From: Bdellovibrio sp.
GTDB taxonomy: Bacteria > Bdellovibrionota > Bdellovibrionia > Bdellovibrionales > Bdellovibrionaceae
Reading direction: 5' to 3'
Assembly (NCBI GenBank): GCA_036677065.1
Contig: JAKFBS010000004.1
Span: 192,001 to 256,000, forward strand
DNA length: 64,000 nt
Shown here: one piece after another, positions 10,094-20,132 of the stretch
Layout of the letters: each line of letters starts with the position of its first letter
Position numbering within the stretch: the first letter of the stretch is position 1
Position numbers and translations under genes: made by a program
The notes under the pieces: generated by a model
What the model was told of the DNA's origin: nothing
Databases searched by the model: none
The model's input: the letters and a program-made list of their open reading frames with translations, nothing else

Positions 10094-10804
10094 CTATAAA
10101 GATGGGCGAATAACTTTTTTACGCAGAATTTCGGCGTCGTTTTCTGGGTGCGACACCTGAATGCTTTCAAGCCATTCAACTGTTGCTGTTTTATCACGAA
10201 TACCAAATTGCGCCGTCATTTTGCCAATTAAACTGTCGTCATCAACAAACGATGATTCGCGGTAAGGATGGTAATCAATTTTAAATAATTGCACCGGAAT
10301 CTGATAATGCTGGGCAATTTCAAAGATTCCTTTTTTCCATAACTTTTCTTCGTTTAAAGTAGTGGTGCCTGAAGGAAAAATCACTAACTGTGATTTGTTA
10401 GTAATAAGTTGTTCGCCGATGACTTTGCGCAATCTTTCGCGATCATGTTTTGATTCGCGATCAACAAATAAAGTGCCAACACGAACTGCTGCCTGACCTA
10501 AAATCGGCCAGCGCTTAACTTCTTTTTTTGCTAAGAAGGCAATATGCGGATTGACCGCCATTAATAATAAAATATCTAAAAAGCTTACGTGATTGCCAAC
10601 ATAAATGCGTGGGCCTTGCAGAGAATATTCACCTTGATGGCTAATATCATACCCGATGTAATTTAAAACACTTTCAGCCCAGCGCTTTTTATAATGCGTG
10701 ACCTTATGTGGTTTAATGTAACTAAGTGCCAGCCAATAGAAAGTAATTCCAAAGGATCCGAAAGACTTAATAAAATAAAAAGACTTAACCGTGTGTTTTA
10801 GCAT
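10094..10804 (-). CDS. Lysophospholipid acyltransferase (PlsC family)
   Basis: NHVSFLD (HX4D), FVDR and FPSGT motifs. Confidence 0.85.
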   Translation of the reverse strand: MLKHTVKSFYFIKSFGSFGITFYWLALSYIKPHKVTHYKKRWAESVLNYIGYDISHQGEYSLQGPRIYVGNHVSFLDILLLMAVNPHIAFLAKKEVKRWPILGQAAVRVGTLFVDRESKHDRERLRKVIGEQLITNKSQLVIFPSGTTTLNEEKLWKKGIFEIAQHYQIPVQLFKIDYHPYRESSFVDDDSLIGKMTAQFGIRDKTATVEWLESIQVSHPENDAEILRKKVIRPSL

Positions 10805-11599
10805 CTACTTCAGTAAATCATGAGTGTAGGTAAAAGTCGCTGCCCATCCATCGTTGCGGTCACGCGCCAAAAGACCATTTTTATTTTTATCGCCTAAGAC
10901 TTCAAAATGTTTAATGGTGATGACGGGGTTATTGCGGTCTGATAAATCGTTAAAATGAAACCACACGCCGTAAGATAGATTATTTAAGCCTTCTGAATCA
11001 GCTGCGCCGTAATAATATGCGTTATGGCGTTTATCGCCATAACCTACAGTCACGATGAAGTTCGGTTCAACCATTGAAGTTCGAAGGATCGTATTTTGAA
11101 AAGTGAATAATTTAAGTTTGCCTGACAGTTCATAGTATAGACCGTTATGAGCTTTTAAGTCTTTGTGAATACCGAAAACCCACTCTGAGATATAGTCTTC
11201 ATTATAGCCTGGAATGAAAAACTCTGCTCTATTTACCCACTCCCATGAGTTCTCACGATCTGGATAAATATCTTTAATGCTATCGTGTTTGGGAAAGATC
11301 GGATTATCGCTGATCGCCTGAAAGCGCGTTCTTAAGCGGATTTTATCTTCATAGACAAAATCACGGTAACTGACCGAGCTTGTTAGAAACTCGAAGCGGT
11401 CTTCGAACATAAAAACGGCGATGACGGGCACAAGCTGAAAGTCATTATATTGAACAACGCCGCGAGCCTCCCAGATCGAGAAAAACTTTGCGCCGGCTTT
11501 GACGCCGCTGACTGATTTCCATTTGTTAGTTGCTTGGTATTCAGCCAAAGCATTAAAAGAACTAAGTATTAATAAAACAGCAAAAAGTATTTTCATCAT
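10805..11599 (-). CDS. Outer-membrane protein, MipA/OmpV-like
   Basis: Signal peptide, alternating aromatic beta strands, GYGDKRHNAYYYG motif. Confidence 0.55.
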   Translation of the reverse strand: MMKILFAVLLILSSFNALAEYQATNKWKSVSGVKAGAKFFSIWEARGVVQYNDFQLVPVIAVFMFEDRFEFLTSSVSYRDFVYEDKIRLRTRFQAISDNPIFPKHDSIKDIYPDRENSWEWVNRAEFFIPGYNEDYISEWVFGIHKDLKAHNGLYYELSGKLKLFTFQNTILRTSMVEPNFIVTVGYGDKRHNAYYYGAADSEGLNNLSYGVWFHFNDLSDRNNPVITIKHFEVLGDKNKNGLLARDRNDGWAATFTYTHDLLK

Positions 11600-11767
11600 G
11601 AGTGAATTTAAACATCATTCATTCGGGGATGCTGCCTAAATTCACATTTTAGCACGGCGTTTCACAAACCTAATCTTGACAACAATTATGGTGAATTTAC
11701 CAAAAAGTGTTGCTAGCTTTCCTGCAACAACTAGTTCGATTTTGTTTCCTAAATTGAGGGGGGATAC

Positions 11768-12709
11768 ATGTATTGGAATTCATCAAAGAGATTTGCTGCC
11801 GTTTGGTGCTTATCAATTTTTGCAACGGTTAGCTTAACTGCAGGCTTTGCTAATGCTCATATCACTTCGAAATCAGACTATTATGGTAAAGAATTCTTAG
11901 GCCAAGTTCAATCAGGCCAACTAAAAAACGAACAACTATTAGATAAATTATTTCACGTTGTTTCAGACGCTCACATCAAAACTAAAAACGCTCCAGATAC
12001 TTTAATCGCAAACTGCCAATCAGCAACTTTAGAGCCAGATCAAAATTGCATTCAACACACAGCTCTTGGTTATGACCGCGCAAGAAAACACATGTTCGGT
12101 GCAATCCACTTAGAACAAAAAAACGATGGCACATACTTTGTTAAAGACGTGTACTGTGAAAAAGATTTTACAGATGAGGATTTCGGCAGAAAAGGCAAAG
12201 GCCAAAACATCGGCCCAGGCATCATTCCGGGTGATGGTTCAATTTTAAATTGTGAACACACTTGGCCACAAAGCCGATTCACAAACCGCTTTCCGAATGA
12301 AACACAAAAATCTGATCTACATCATCTATACCCAACTGATTCTAAATTGAATAGTCACCGTAGTGCTTTACACTTCGGTGAAGTTGAAAAAGAGATGGAA
12401 AAATTAAAGTGCCCACAAAACCGTTTAGGTCGTGGTGCAGGTAATGCCGGAAATGTGTTCGAACCACCAGTTGCCCATCGTGGTAATGTGGCTCGCGCGA
12501 TTTTCTACTTCGCAACTCGCTACAAAATGAAAGTGGGCGGCGCAGAAGAAGCAACTTTAAGAATCTGGAATCATGAAGATCCAGTTGATGCTGCTGAATT
12601 AAAAAGAAACGATCAAGTTGAAGACCTTCAAGGTAACCGCAACCCATTCGTCGATTACCCAGAATTAATTGACCAAGTGAACGTGTTTTCGTTCAGCACA
12701 ACTAAGTAG
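11768..12709 (+). CDS. Secreted endonuclease I family DNase
   Basis: Signal peptide; EHTWPQS, DLHHLYP, RGNVARAIFYF and QGNRNPFVD motifs. Confidence 0.9.
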   Translation: MYWNSSKRFAAVWCLSIFATVSLTAGFANAHITSKSDYYGKEFLGQVQSGQLKNEQLLDKLFHVVSDAHIKTKNAPDTLIANCQSATLEPDQNCIQHTALGYDRARKHMFGAIHLEQKNDGTYFVKDVYCEKDFTDEDFGRKGKGQNIGPGIIPGDGSILNCEHTWPQSRFTNRFPNETQKSDLHHLYPTDSKLNSHRSALHFGEVEKEMEKLKCPQNRLGRGAGNAGNVFEPPVAHRGNVARAIFYFATRYKMKVGGAEEATLRIWNHEDPVDAAELKRNDQVEDLQGNRNPFVDYPELIDQVNVFSFSTTK

Positions 12710-12733
12710 ATTTAAAAATTAATTACTAGAAAC

Positions 12734-12771
12734 AAAAAAAGCTAACTCCGTTAAAGAGTTAGCTTTTTTTT
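12734..12771. terminator. Bidirectional intrinsic terminator
   Basis: AAAAAAAGCTAACTC-loop-GAGTTAGCTTTTTTT between convergent genes. Confidence 0.85.
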
Positions 12772-12836
12772 ACTCTGCAGTTCAGCTAGCAAATGCTAGC
12801 TAAAACCCTGAGCGTCGGAAAATGAGCAATCTATAA

Positions 12837-13271
12837 TTATTTAGGTTGAACGCGTAACATTTTTTTGATTTCAGAAACATGCATTTCTTCATCCATAATC
12901 ATTTGGCGAGCGTACTCTTCTAAGAATACTGAAGAGTCTTCAACTAATTTTAATAAACCATGTAAGTTTTTAAGCTGAGCTAATTCGTGATCTAAGCTTT
13001 CTTTTAAAATGTCGTTTAAATTATGTTTGTGAGTTTCTAAAAGTGTTCCGATTTTTAAAGACGGGTGGCCACCTAAAGTTGTGATGTGTTCACCAGCTTG
13101 CGAAGCGTGCCCTAAAGATTCAGCGGCTTGATCGCGAAACCATTTAATGATTGGAATTCTGTTGTGGCCGAAAACCATTAACGAGTAGTGCGTGTAACGA
13201 ACAACTCCGGCAAGTTCAGCTTCCATGATTTTGTTTAGTGCATCGATTACTTTTTTCTCGTTCATAGCCAT
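12837..13271 (-). CDS. Bacterioferritin/ferritin-like protein
   Basis: Four-helix di-iron pattern: EAE..GVVRY, ESLGH, DEEMH. Confidence 0.85.
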   Translation of the reverse strand: MAMNEKKVIDALNKIMEAELAGVVRYTHYSLMVFGHNRIPIIKWFRDQAAESLGHASQAGEHITTLGGHPSLKIGTLLETHKHNLNDILKESLDHELAQLKNLHGLLKLVEDSSVFLEEYARQMIMDEEMHVSEIKKMLRVQPK

Positions 13272-13404
13272 ACCTAGCTCCTCTATAATGGTTCTGGGTA
13301 AAAATACCCTATAAATGAAAGCTAAATGAAAATGAACTGAAAGTCCAATAATAAGTTAAATCCATACCGTTGTAATACGGTAGGGCCTTTGGTATTGAAC
13401 CGCC

Positions 13405-15084
13405 ATGTCATTAAATCGTCGCCAATTCATTAAGTCGTCTTCATTCGCAAGTTTCGTTTTAGGCTATTCGCTACAGTCAAAAGCGGCCACAGGTATTTTA
13501 ATGGGGCAGTCTTCTACAGCTCCTAATGATGAAAATGCAAATGATAATCCAATTCAAGATGTTCCATACAGCGAATCATCAAGCCTTGATTTCAACGGTG
13601 ATAATATCGATCGTCCGCACGATATCTTATGGAACATCGATGGCTACGTAGCTAAAAAAGGTGGAATTCCTGCTCCTTCAATTTGGAATAGTATCGTGAT
13701 TGCCGGTGGTGGTATGTCAGGGCTATTAAGTGCTTACCACTTACAAGCGCATAAGCCGATGTTGTTAGAGCAAGATAACGTATTTGGCGGAAACTCTAAG
13801 GGCGAAAATTTTGATGGCTCTTATTATTCAATCGGTGCGGCGTACGTAACGATTCCAGATGAAGGTTCTGATGTTGAGACTTTCTTTAAAGACACAGGCA
13901 TCGCTGATAAACTTAAATTAGAATCTGATACAGAAACTTCTGTAAATTTTAAAAATGCTTTAATGCGCGATTTCTGGAAGGGCGCAAGTGATCCAGAAAA
14001 TGCAGCGCAATTTATCGCGGTTGAAGAAGAAATGCGCCGTATTTACAACGACGCTTACCCTGATATTCCATGGTTTGAAGATTCAGCGATCAGCTATGAA
14101 GAATTATGCCGCTTAGACAAAATGACTTTTGATAAATGGCTTGATGAAACTTTTGAAGTGGTTCATCCGCATGTGCGCGAATACTTTCAATCTTATTGCT
14201 GGTCATCTTTTGGTGGCTCGATCGATGAATTATCTGCAGCGCAAGTGTTAAACTTTGTGACCGCAGAAGTTGACGGCGTGTTAGCTTTACCTGGTGGTAA
14301 TGCCTACATCACGCAAACTTTACACACACAATTAAAAGCAAACTTACCTGAAGGCCATGTGTTATCAGGAGCTTTCGTATTACGTATTCATGAACAAGAA
14401 TCTGGAAAAGTATGGGTTACGTTTGAAAGCAAACAAGGTGAGTTAATCACGATTGAATGTGATCAAGTGGTATGTGCATTTCCAAAATTCGTTGCAGAAC
14501 GTGTTATCGTAAATATTGAGCCTGAGCGTGTAAAAGCGATTCAAAGTTTAATGTGGCGTGGTTATATCGTGACTAACGTTATTTTAGATAGCGCTGTGAA
14601 ATCACCAGGCTTTGATATTTTTAATTTATACGGCAAAATGCAACCCGCACCTACTCCATTTAATCAGCCAAAAAATTTAACGACTGATGTTTGTTTTGGA
14701 ACATGGGCACAAAACGATGAAGTAAATCATTCGGTAATGACAATGTATCGTCCGTTACCGTTTGAGGGCGCGCGCCAATTTTTATTTAACCCCATGGCTC
14801 ATCAAAAACATTTGATCGCTTCGCAAAAAGAGATCGTTGAATTTGCTAAAACCGTAAATATCGATGTCGCTAAAATTAAGGGTTACCGTTTGACACGCTG
14901 GGGGCATTCTTTGCCTTTAGCTAATGCCGGAACAATCAGTGACGGTACCGTACAAGCGTTAATTAAGCCTATTAATGACCGTATATTCTTCGTGAACCAA
15001 GATAACTGGGTAAATCCGGCTTTTGAGTGTGCATTTAGTGAAGCTTTGACAGTTGCGCAAAAGATAGAATCTCTAAAAGCGTAG
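13405..15084 (+). CDS. Tat-exported FAD-dependent oxidoreductase (flavin amine oxidase-like)
   Basis: NRRQFIK twin-arginine signal; IAGGGMSGL Rossmann motif; GAAY; RWGHSLP near the C-terminus. Confidence 0.85.
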   Translation: MSLNRRQFIKSSSFASFVLGYSLQSKAATGILMGQSSTAPNDENANDNPIQDVPYSESSSLDFNGDNIDRPHDILWNIDGYVAKKGGIPAPSIWNSIVIAGGGMSGLLSAYHLQAHKPMLLEQDNVFGGNSKGENFDGSYYSIGAAYVTIPDEGSDVETFFKDTGIADKLKLESDTETSVNFKNALMRDFWKGASDPENAAQFIAVEEEMRRIYNDAYPDIPWFEDSAISYEELCRLDKMTFDKWLDETFEVVHPHVREYFQSYCWSSFGGSIDELSAAQVLNFVTAEVDGVLALPGGNAYITQTLHTQLKANLPEGHVLSGAFVLRIHEQESGKVWVTFESKQGELITIECDQVVCAFPKFVAERVIVNIEPERVKAIQSLMWRGYIVTNVILDSAVKSPGFDIFNLYGKMQPAPTPFNQPKNLTTDVCFGTWAQNDEVNHSVMTMYRPLPFEGARQFLFNPMAHQKHLIASQKEIVEFAKTVNIDVAKIKGYRLTRWGHSLPLANAGTISDGTVQALIKPINDRIFFVNQDNWVNPAFECAFSEALTVAQKIESLKA

Positions 15085-15100
15085 TGTTACTCTTTTAGAG

Positions 15101-15658
15101 ATGGCTAAATTAAAACATCTCATTACCCATGCGGTAAAATTACTTCAGTATTACATAAATCGTGCTTGGTATTTGCCAATGTTATCGCTATTGGCATTTT
15201 TAGATAATTTTTTAGTCGTTGTTCCGACCGATGGCATTTTAATTTCAAGTTCAATGTTAAAACCGCAGAAATGGTTTTCATTTAGTTTTTGCGTGGCCGC
15301 AGGCTCTGCAATTGGTGCTTTAGCGTTAGCGTTAATTATCGAAGTTTATGGCATTCATGTTGTTGAATATTTTTTTCCGAATATTCAAACAAGCTCAGCC
15401 TGGATACGCACCCAGGGCTTTTTTGAAGACTATGGCTTATGGTTATTATTTGCTGTGGCAGTTACGCCCTTTACTCAACAGCCTGCCGTGATCTTAGCTG
15501 TTCTGGCCGGGGTGCCTGTTTTTCAGATTTTTGTGATTGGCTTTTTAGGACGTTGGATGAAATTTTCATTAATGGCTTATGTTGGGTCGCATGCACCGCA
15601 CTTAATTAAAAAAATCTGGGGCGTCCAAGAAGAACTTCATGAAGTGGGGATCGATTGA
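15101..15658 (+). CDS. DedA/YqaA (VTT domain) membrane protein
   Basis: Hydrophobic helices; VPTD, GSAIGA and GRW motifs. Confidence 0.7.
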   Translation: MAKLKHLITHAVKLLQYYINRAWYLPMLSLLAFLDNFLVVVPTDGILISSSMLKPQKWFSFSFCVAAGSAIGALALALIIEVYGIHVVEYFFPNIQTSSAWIRTQGFFEDYGLWLLFAVAVTPFTQQPAVILAVLAGVPVFQIFVIGFLGRWMKFSLMAYVGSHAPHLIKKIWGVQEELHEVGID

Positions 15659-16158
15659 AAAGTTTTTCAAAAGTTATTAACATCGTAATTCTGGTTGTGG
15701 TGATGTATATGATTGCCACAAAAATTCCTGGTATCTATGCGCACTTTAAATCTGAAGGCACTAAAGTCACAGATTTTTCAGTGTTGATGAATAACGGCGA
15801 AGAATTTAATTCGCAAAGTTTGGCGGCAAAAAAAGTTATCGTTTTTTGGGCCACATGGTGCCCGCCATGTGAATTAGAACTTTCACGCATTAATGATTTA
15901 GTTAAAGAAAAAAGAATTTCTGCAGATTCAGTTTTAGCGATTTCAATTAGCGAAGAAAAACAAACTGTAGATCGGGTGATTGCCGAGCGCGGTTATCAAT
16001 TTCAAATCGGCTATGATTTTGACGGTGCCATAGCCAGCAAGTTTGCGGTTGCAGGTACACCCACGGTTGTATTTTTAAACGCTGATAAAACAATTAATTG
16101 GATCACCACAGGTTTAAGCCCACTTTTAAAATTACGTATCAATTATTTTTTGGATTAA
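15655..16158 (+). CDS. TlpA-family thiol-disulfide oxidoreductase
   Basis: N-terminal membrane anchor, FWATWCPPC, GTPT. Confidence 0.9.
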   Translation: MKSFSKVINIVILVVVMYMIATKIPGIYAHFKSEGTKVTDFSVLMNNGEEFNSQSLAAKKVIVFWATWCPPCELELSRINDLVKEKRISADSVLAISISEEKQTVDRVIAERGYQFQIGYDFDGAIASKFAVAGTPTVVFLNADKTINWITTGLSPLLKLRINYFLD

Positions 16159-16161
16159 CAG

Positions 16162-16803
16162 ATGTGTGCACAATTTGGTTTGAAAGTGAGTGCTAGTGAA
16201 TTAAGGGATTTAGGAATTTCTGTTTCGCCAGCGCTTGAGGGTCTGGATGAAAGATTTCTTCCTTACGCGAAGGTTCCAGTCGTGGTTTCAACGCAGCAAG
16301 GGTTGAAACTTACAGCTATGAATTTTTCTTTGGTTCCAGCGTGGTCAAAAGAACCCAAAGTTAAATTTGCGACCCATAATGCCCGAATTGAAACGGTGAT
16401 TGAAAAGCCTGCTTGGCGCGAACCTTTTCAGAGTAAACACTGTCTATTGCCGATGACGAATTTTTTTGAATCTGTTTATGAAGGCCCACATGCGGGGCAT
16501 ATTATATCGTTTAGCTCTGATTTAATGTTTGCTGCGGGTCTTTTTGATGTCTGGACAAACCCAGAAACGAAAGAGCAATTGTTTTCATGCACGATATTAA
16601 CAACCGAACCGTCGGCCTTTATCTTAGAAAACGGTCATGACCGTACGCCGATATTTTTAAATTTTGAAGATGGCAAGCAATGGCTGAATTTGCGCGCGCC
16701 AGAAAAAGAAATGGTCGACTTCTTGCTATCTAAAAATGTTTATCCTGATTTGCAAGTCTCTCGTGACCGCGCGCTAAAATCGGGCTGGGAAAAACGAGCT
16801 TAA
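16162..16803 (+). CDS. SRAP (YedK/HMCES-like) abasic-site protecting protein
   Basis: Cys at position 2; NARIET, FFE, ILTT and HDRTP motifs. Confidence 0.9.
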   Translation: MCAQFGLKVSASELRDLGISVSPALEGLDERFLPYAKVPVVVSTQQGLKLTAMNFSLVPAWSKEPKVKFATHNARIETVIEKPAWREPFQSKHCLLPMTNFFESVYEGPHAGHIISFSSDLMFAAGLFDVWTNPETKEQLFSCTILTTEPSAFILENGHDRTPIFLNFEDGKQWLNLRAPEKEMVDFLLSKNVYPDLQVSRDRALKSGWEKRA

Positions 16804-16818
16804 AGAAAGGCTATTTAT

Positions 16819-17184
16819 ATGAAAGAAAAAGTAGTGATCCTTGGAGCTTCGGATAACCCAGATCGTTTTGCTCATAAGGCTATGCTGATGTTAAAGCAAT
16901 ACGGGCATGAGCCAATCCTTGTAAATCCCACCTTAAGCGAAATTGAAGGGCATGCCGTAATCGCAGATCTTGACCAAGTGCCAAGACCAGTTGACACGTT
17001 AACGATGTACGTAAATCCGCGTATCAGCATAAATCTAAAAGAAAAAATTATTTCGTTAAATCCAAAACGGGTGATCTTTAACCCCGGTACAGAAAACCCG
17101 GCAATTGAATTCGCACTAAAAAAAACAGGCATAGATACGATCCATGCCTGTACGTTAGTTATGTTATCAACCGGTCAGTATTAA
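16819..17184 (+). CDS. CoA-binding protein (YccU-like)
   Basis: ILGASDNPDR, VNP, FNPGTEN and ACTLVML motifs. Confidence 0.9.
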   Translation: MKEKVVILGASDNPDRFAHKAMLMLKQYGHEPILVNPTLSEIEGHAVIADLDQVPRPVDTLTMYVNPRISINLKEKIISLNPKRVIFNPGTENPAIEFALKKTGIDTIHACTLVMLSTGQY

Positions 17185-17194
17185 GATGACGCCG

Positions 17195-19015
17195 TTACAT
17201 TGTAGCGTCAGGTGCCGGTGTTCCTGCTTTTTTAAAACCCATCGCTTTTGTTTCTTGGATATTGATGAATTCAAGAGGTAAAGAATTTTTTAAGGTTAAG
17301 AAAAATTCTTTGTGCGAAGCCATTTCCATATTCCATTGGGTATTATCAATTTTCATCGCTGCATTAAATTGATCATGAGAAAATTCTAAACCTTCCCAGT
17401 TAAGATCATTGTATTGCGGTGAATAGCCTAATTCAGTTTCAACAGCATGAGCTGTATTATCGATGCGGTTAAACATCCATTGAAGTACGCGCATGTTATC
17501 GCCATAACCTGGCCACATGAATTTACCTTGTTCGTTTTTACGAAACCAGTTCACGATAAAAATTTCTGGAGTCTTAGCAATACGGTTTGGCATTTTTAAC
17601 CAGTGCTTGAAGTAATCACCAATATTGTAACCGCAGAATGGTAACATCGCCATTGGATCACGACGAACAACGCCGACTTTACCAGTTGCTGCTGCTGTTG
17701 TTTCAGAACCCACAGTAGCCGCGAAGTAAACGCCAGTGTTCCAGTCTTTAGCCTGAGAAACTAATGGAATGGTATCTGCACGGCGACCACCGAAAATAAA
17801 GGCATCAATTGGTACACCTGCTGGGTTTTCCATTTCAGCATCTGCAGATGGGCATTGTGAAGCTGGAACTGTGAAGCGTGCATTCGGGTGAGCCGCAAGT
17901 CTGCCGCAGCCAGGAGTCCACTCTTGACCTTGCCAGTCAGTTAATTTTGCAGGCGGAGTATCAGTCATACCTTCCCACCAAACATCACCTTCTGGAGTTA
18001 AAGCTACGTTTGTGAAAATTGTGTTTTTCGCGATAGTTAACATCGCGTTTGGATTTGTTTTAAAACTTGTGCCTGGGGCTACGCCGAAAAATCCAGCTTC
18101 TGGATTGATCGCGCGTAATTGGCCATTAAGATCAGGTTTAATCCACGCGATATCATCGCCAACAGTTGTGATCTTCCAGTCTTGAAATTCCTGCGGTGGA
18201 ATAAGCATTGCAAAATTTGTTTTTCCGCAAGCCGATGGAAATGCTGCTGCTACATATTTTTTTTCTTGTTTCGCATTTTCAACACCTAAGATTAACATAT
18301 GTTCGGCTAACCAGCCTTCTTCGCGACCTAAAGTAGAAGCGATACGAAGGGCGAAACATTTTTTTCCTAATAGGGCATTACCACCGTAACCAGAACCGAA
18401 AGACCAGATTGATTTTTGTTCTGGGTAATGAACGATGTATTTTGTGTCGGCGTTGCATGGCCATGTAACATCTTTTTGGCCAGCTTGTAACGGAGCGCCT
18501 ACAGAGTGAACGCATTTTACATAATCAGTGCTATCATTTACTAAATTCATCACTTGCGCACCGATGCGAGTCATCACGCGCATATTGATCACAACGTACG
18601 GAGAATCTGTGATTTCAAAACCGATTTTAGAAATTGGTGAACCTAAAGGGCCCATGCAAAAAGGAATCACGTACATCGTGCGGCCTTGCATACAACCATC
18701 AAAAAGTTTTCCAAGAGTTTGCTGCATTTGTTCTGGAGCCATCCAGTTATTTGTTGGCCCTGCGTCTTCTTGTTTTTCTGAACAGATAAAAGTTCTGTCT
18801 TCAACACGCGCAACGTCTGCTGGATTTGATAACGCTAAGTATGAATTCGGGCGTAGTGTTTCGTTTAATTTTTTTAATGTGCCTGAAGCGATCATTAAGT
18901 CGATTAGCTGTTGGTTTTCGGCATCTGAGCCATCGCACCAGTGGATATTTGTTGGCTTTGTTAAAGCCGCGATTTCGTTAACCCAGTTTAATAAATCTTG
19001 ATTTTGGATTTGCAT
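17195..19015 (-). CDS. pckG: Phosphoenolpyruvate carboxykinase (GTP)
   Basis: [33 protein letters not shown] and HPNARF motifs. Confidence 0.95.
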   Translation of the reverse strand: MQIQNQDLLNWVNEIAALTKPTNIHWCDGSDAENQQLIDLMIASGTLKKLNETLRPNSYLALSNPADVARVEDRTFICSEKQEDAGPTNNWMAPEQMQQTLGKLFDGCMQGRTMYVIPFCMGPLGSPISKIGFEITDSPYVVINMRVMTRIGAQVMNLVNDSTDYVKCVHSVGAPLQAGQKDVTWPCNADTKYIVHYPEQKSIWSFGSGYGGNALLGKKCFALRIASTLGREEGWLAEHMLILGVENAKQEKKYVAAAFPSACGKTNFAMLIPPQEFQDWKITTVGDDIAWIKPDLNGQLRAINPEAGFFGVAPGTSFKTNPNAMLTIAKNTIFTNVALTPEGDVWWEGMTDTPPAKLTDWQGQEWTPGCGRLAAHPNARFTVPASQCPSADAEMENPAGVPIDAFIFGGRRADTIPLVSQAKDWNTGVYFAATVGSETTAAATGKVGVVRRDPMAMLPFCGYNIGDYFKHWLKMPNRIAKTPEIFIVNWFRKNEQGKFMWPGYGDNMRVLQWMFNRIDNTAHAVETELGYSPQYNDLNWEGLEFSHDQFNAAMKIDNTQWNMEMASHKEFFLTLKNSLPLEFINIQETKAMGFKKAGTPAPDATM

Positions 19016-19129
19016 GTCTGCTCCTATAAAATTTAGAATGACACGTTCTAAACTTTTATAGTTTTGCAGGCAAGAAATGCGTTTATTTTGCAGCTTTTAC
19101 AGGCACGATTTGAGGCTAAAAAGCCTCAT

Positions 19130-19480
19130 TTATAGACTAAAAAGTTCACGAATGGCTTCGGCCAATTTTTCCCGTGGAATTACGCCCGCACTCATTGCCG
19201 GTTCTTCGCCAAGTGGAATAAAAAGCAGAGCAGGAATAGAACGCACTTCAAACAGGGCCGCAAGCTCGGGAGACGCCTCGGTGTTGATTTTGTAAAAATT
19301 TACCCGATCTTTAAAGACCTCTTCGGTATCTTGTAAAATAGGATTTAGCTGATGGCAGGGGCCACACCAATCGGCATAGAAATCAATGATAGCGGGCATT
19401 TTGCCCTTGAAGGTCCATTCTTTGTTTTCAGTGAAATCAAAAATTTTTTCTTTAAATGTATCAATCGTTAAAGTTTCCAT
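19130..19480 (-). CDS. Thioredoxin
   Basis: DFYADWCGPC and SIP motifs; probable start at ATG 19480. Confidence 0.9.
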   Translation of the reverse strand: METLTIDTFKEKIFDFTENKEWTFKGKMPAIIDFYADWCGPCHQLNPILQDTEEVFKDRVNFYKINTEASPELAALFEVRSIPALLFIPLGEEPAMSAGVIPREKLAEAIRELFSL

Positions 19481-19577
19481 ACCCTTAAGTCTTATGAGAA
19501 AATGGCGCATTGTCAAAATGTAATAGTCACTTGCGAATTATAGATTTGGGCTAAATAATTTTTATATTGAGGTGTAT

Positions 19578-20132
19578 ATGAAAATTTTAACTTTTGCCGG
19601 TTCGTTACGAAAAGATGCTTTAAGTAAAAAACTCTGCCATGTTGTTTCTGAAATCGTGCAGAAAAATAACTTGGCTGAAATCCATTTTGTTGATTTGCAA
19701 CCTTTGAACATTCCTGTTTATGACGGCGATTTTGAAACTTCTCAGGGAATTCCTGCAGGAGTCATGAGCTTAGGAAAACAAATCACAGCAGCCGATGCAC
19801 TGATTGTTTGTACGCCTGAATACAATGGTTCGATTCCCGGTTCGTTAAAAAATGTGGTTGATTGGTTGTCGCGTGAAAAGCCTGTGCCTTTAACAGGTAA
19901 GCCGATGTTGCTGTTGGGTTCTTCACCTGGAGCAATGGGTGGAATTCGTTCGCTATGGCATTCGCGTCAGCCTTTTGAAGTTTTAAATACGCAGCTTTAT
20001 CCAGAGATGATGGCTGTGGGTAAAGCTCATGAAGTTATTTTAGAAAACCACACTTTAAGTGAGCCTAAGCTGCAGCAAAATCTTGAGCGTTTACTTAAAG
20101 ATTTTACTACTCATGTGCAAAAATTTCTTTAA
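19578..20132 (+). CDS. NADPH-dependent FMN reductase
   Basis: GSLR, TPEYNGSIPGSLKNVVDWLSR and SPGAMGG motifs; GAGG RBS before ATG 19578. Confidence 0.9.
   Translation: MKILTFAGSLRKDALSKKLCHVVSEIVQKNNLAEIHFVDLQPLNIPVYDGDFETSQGIPAGVMSLGKQITAADALIVCTPEYNGSIPGSLKNVVDWLSREKPVPLTGKPMLLLGSSPGAMGGIRSLWHSRQPFEVLNTQLYPEMMAVGKAHEVILENHTLSEPKLQQNLERLLKDFTTHVQKFL

Noticed and set aside
13310..13350. Fur box upstream of the ferritin-like gene
   Set aside because: Repeated AAATGAAA is only a loose match in AT-rich DNA and is not convincingly palindromic.
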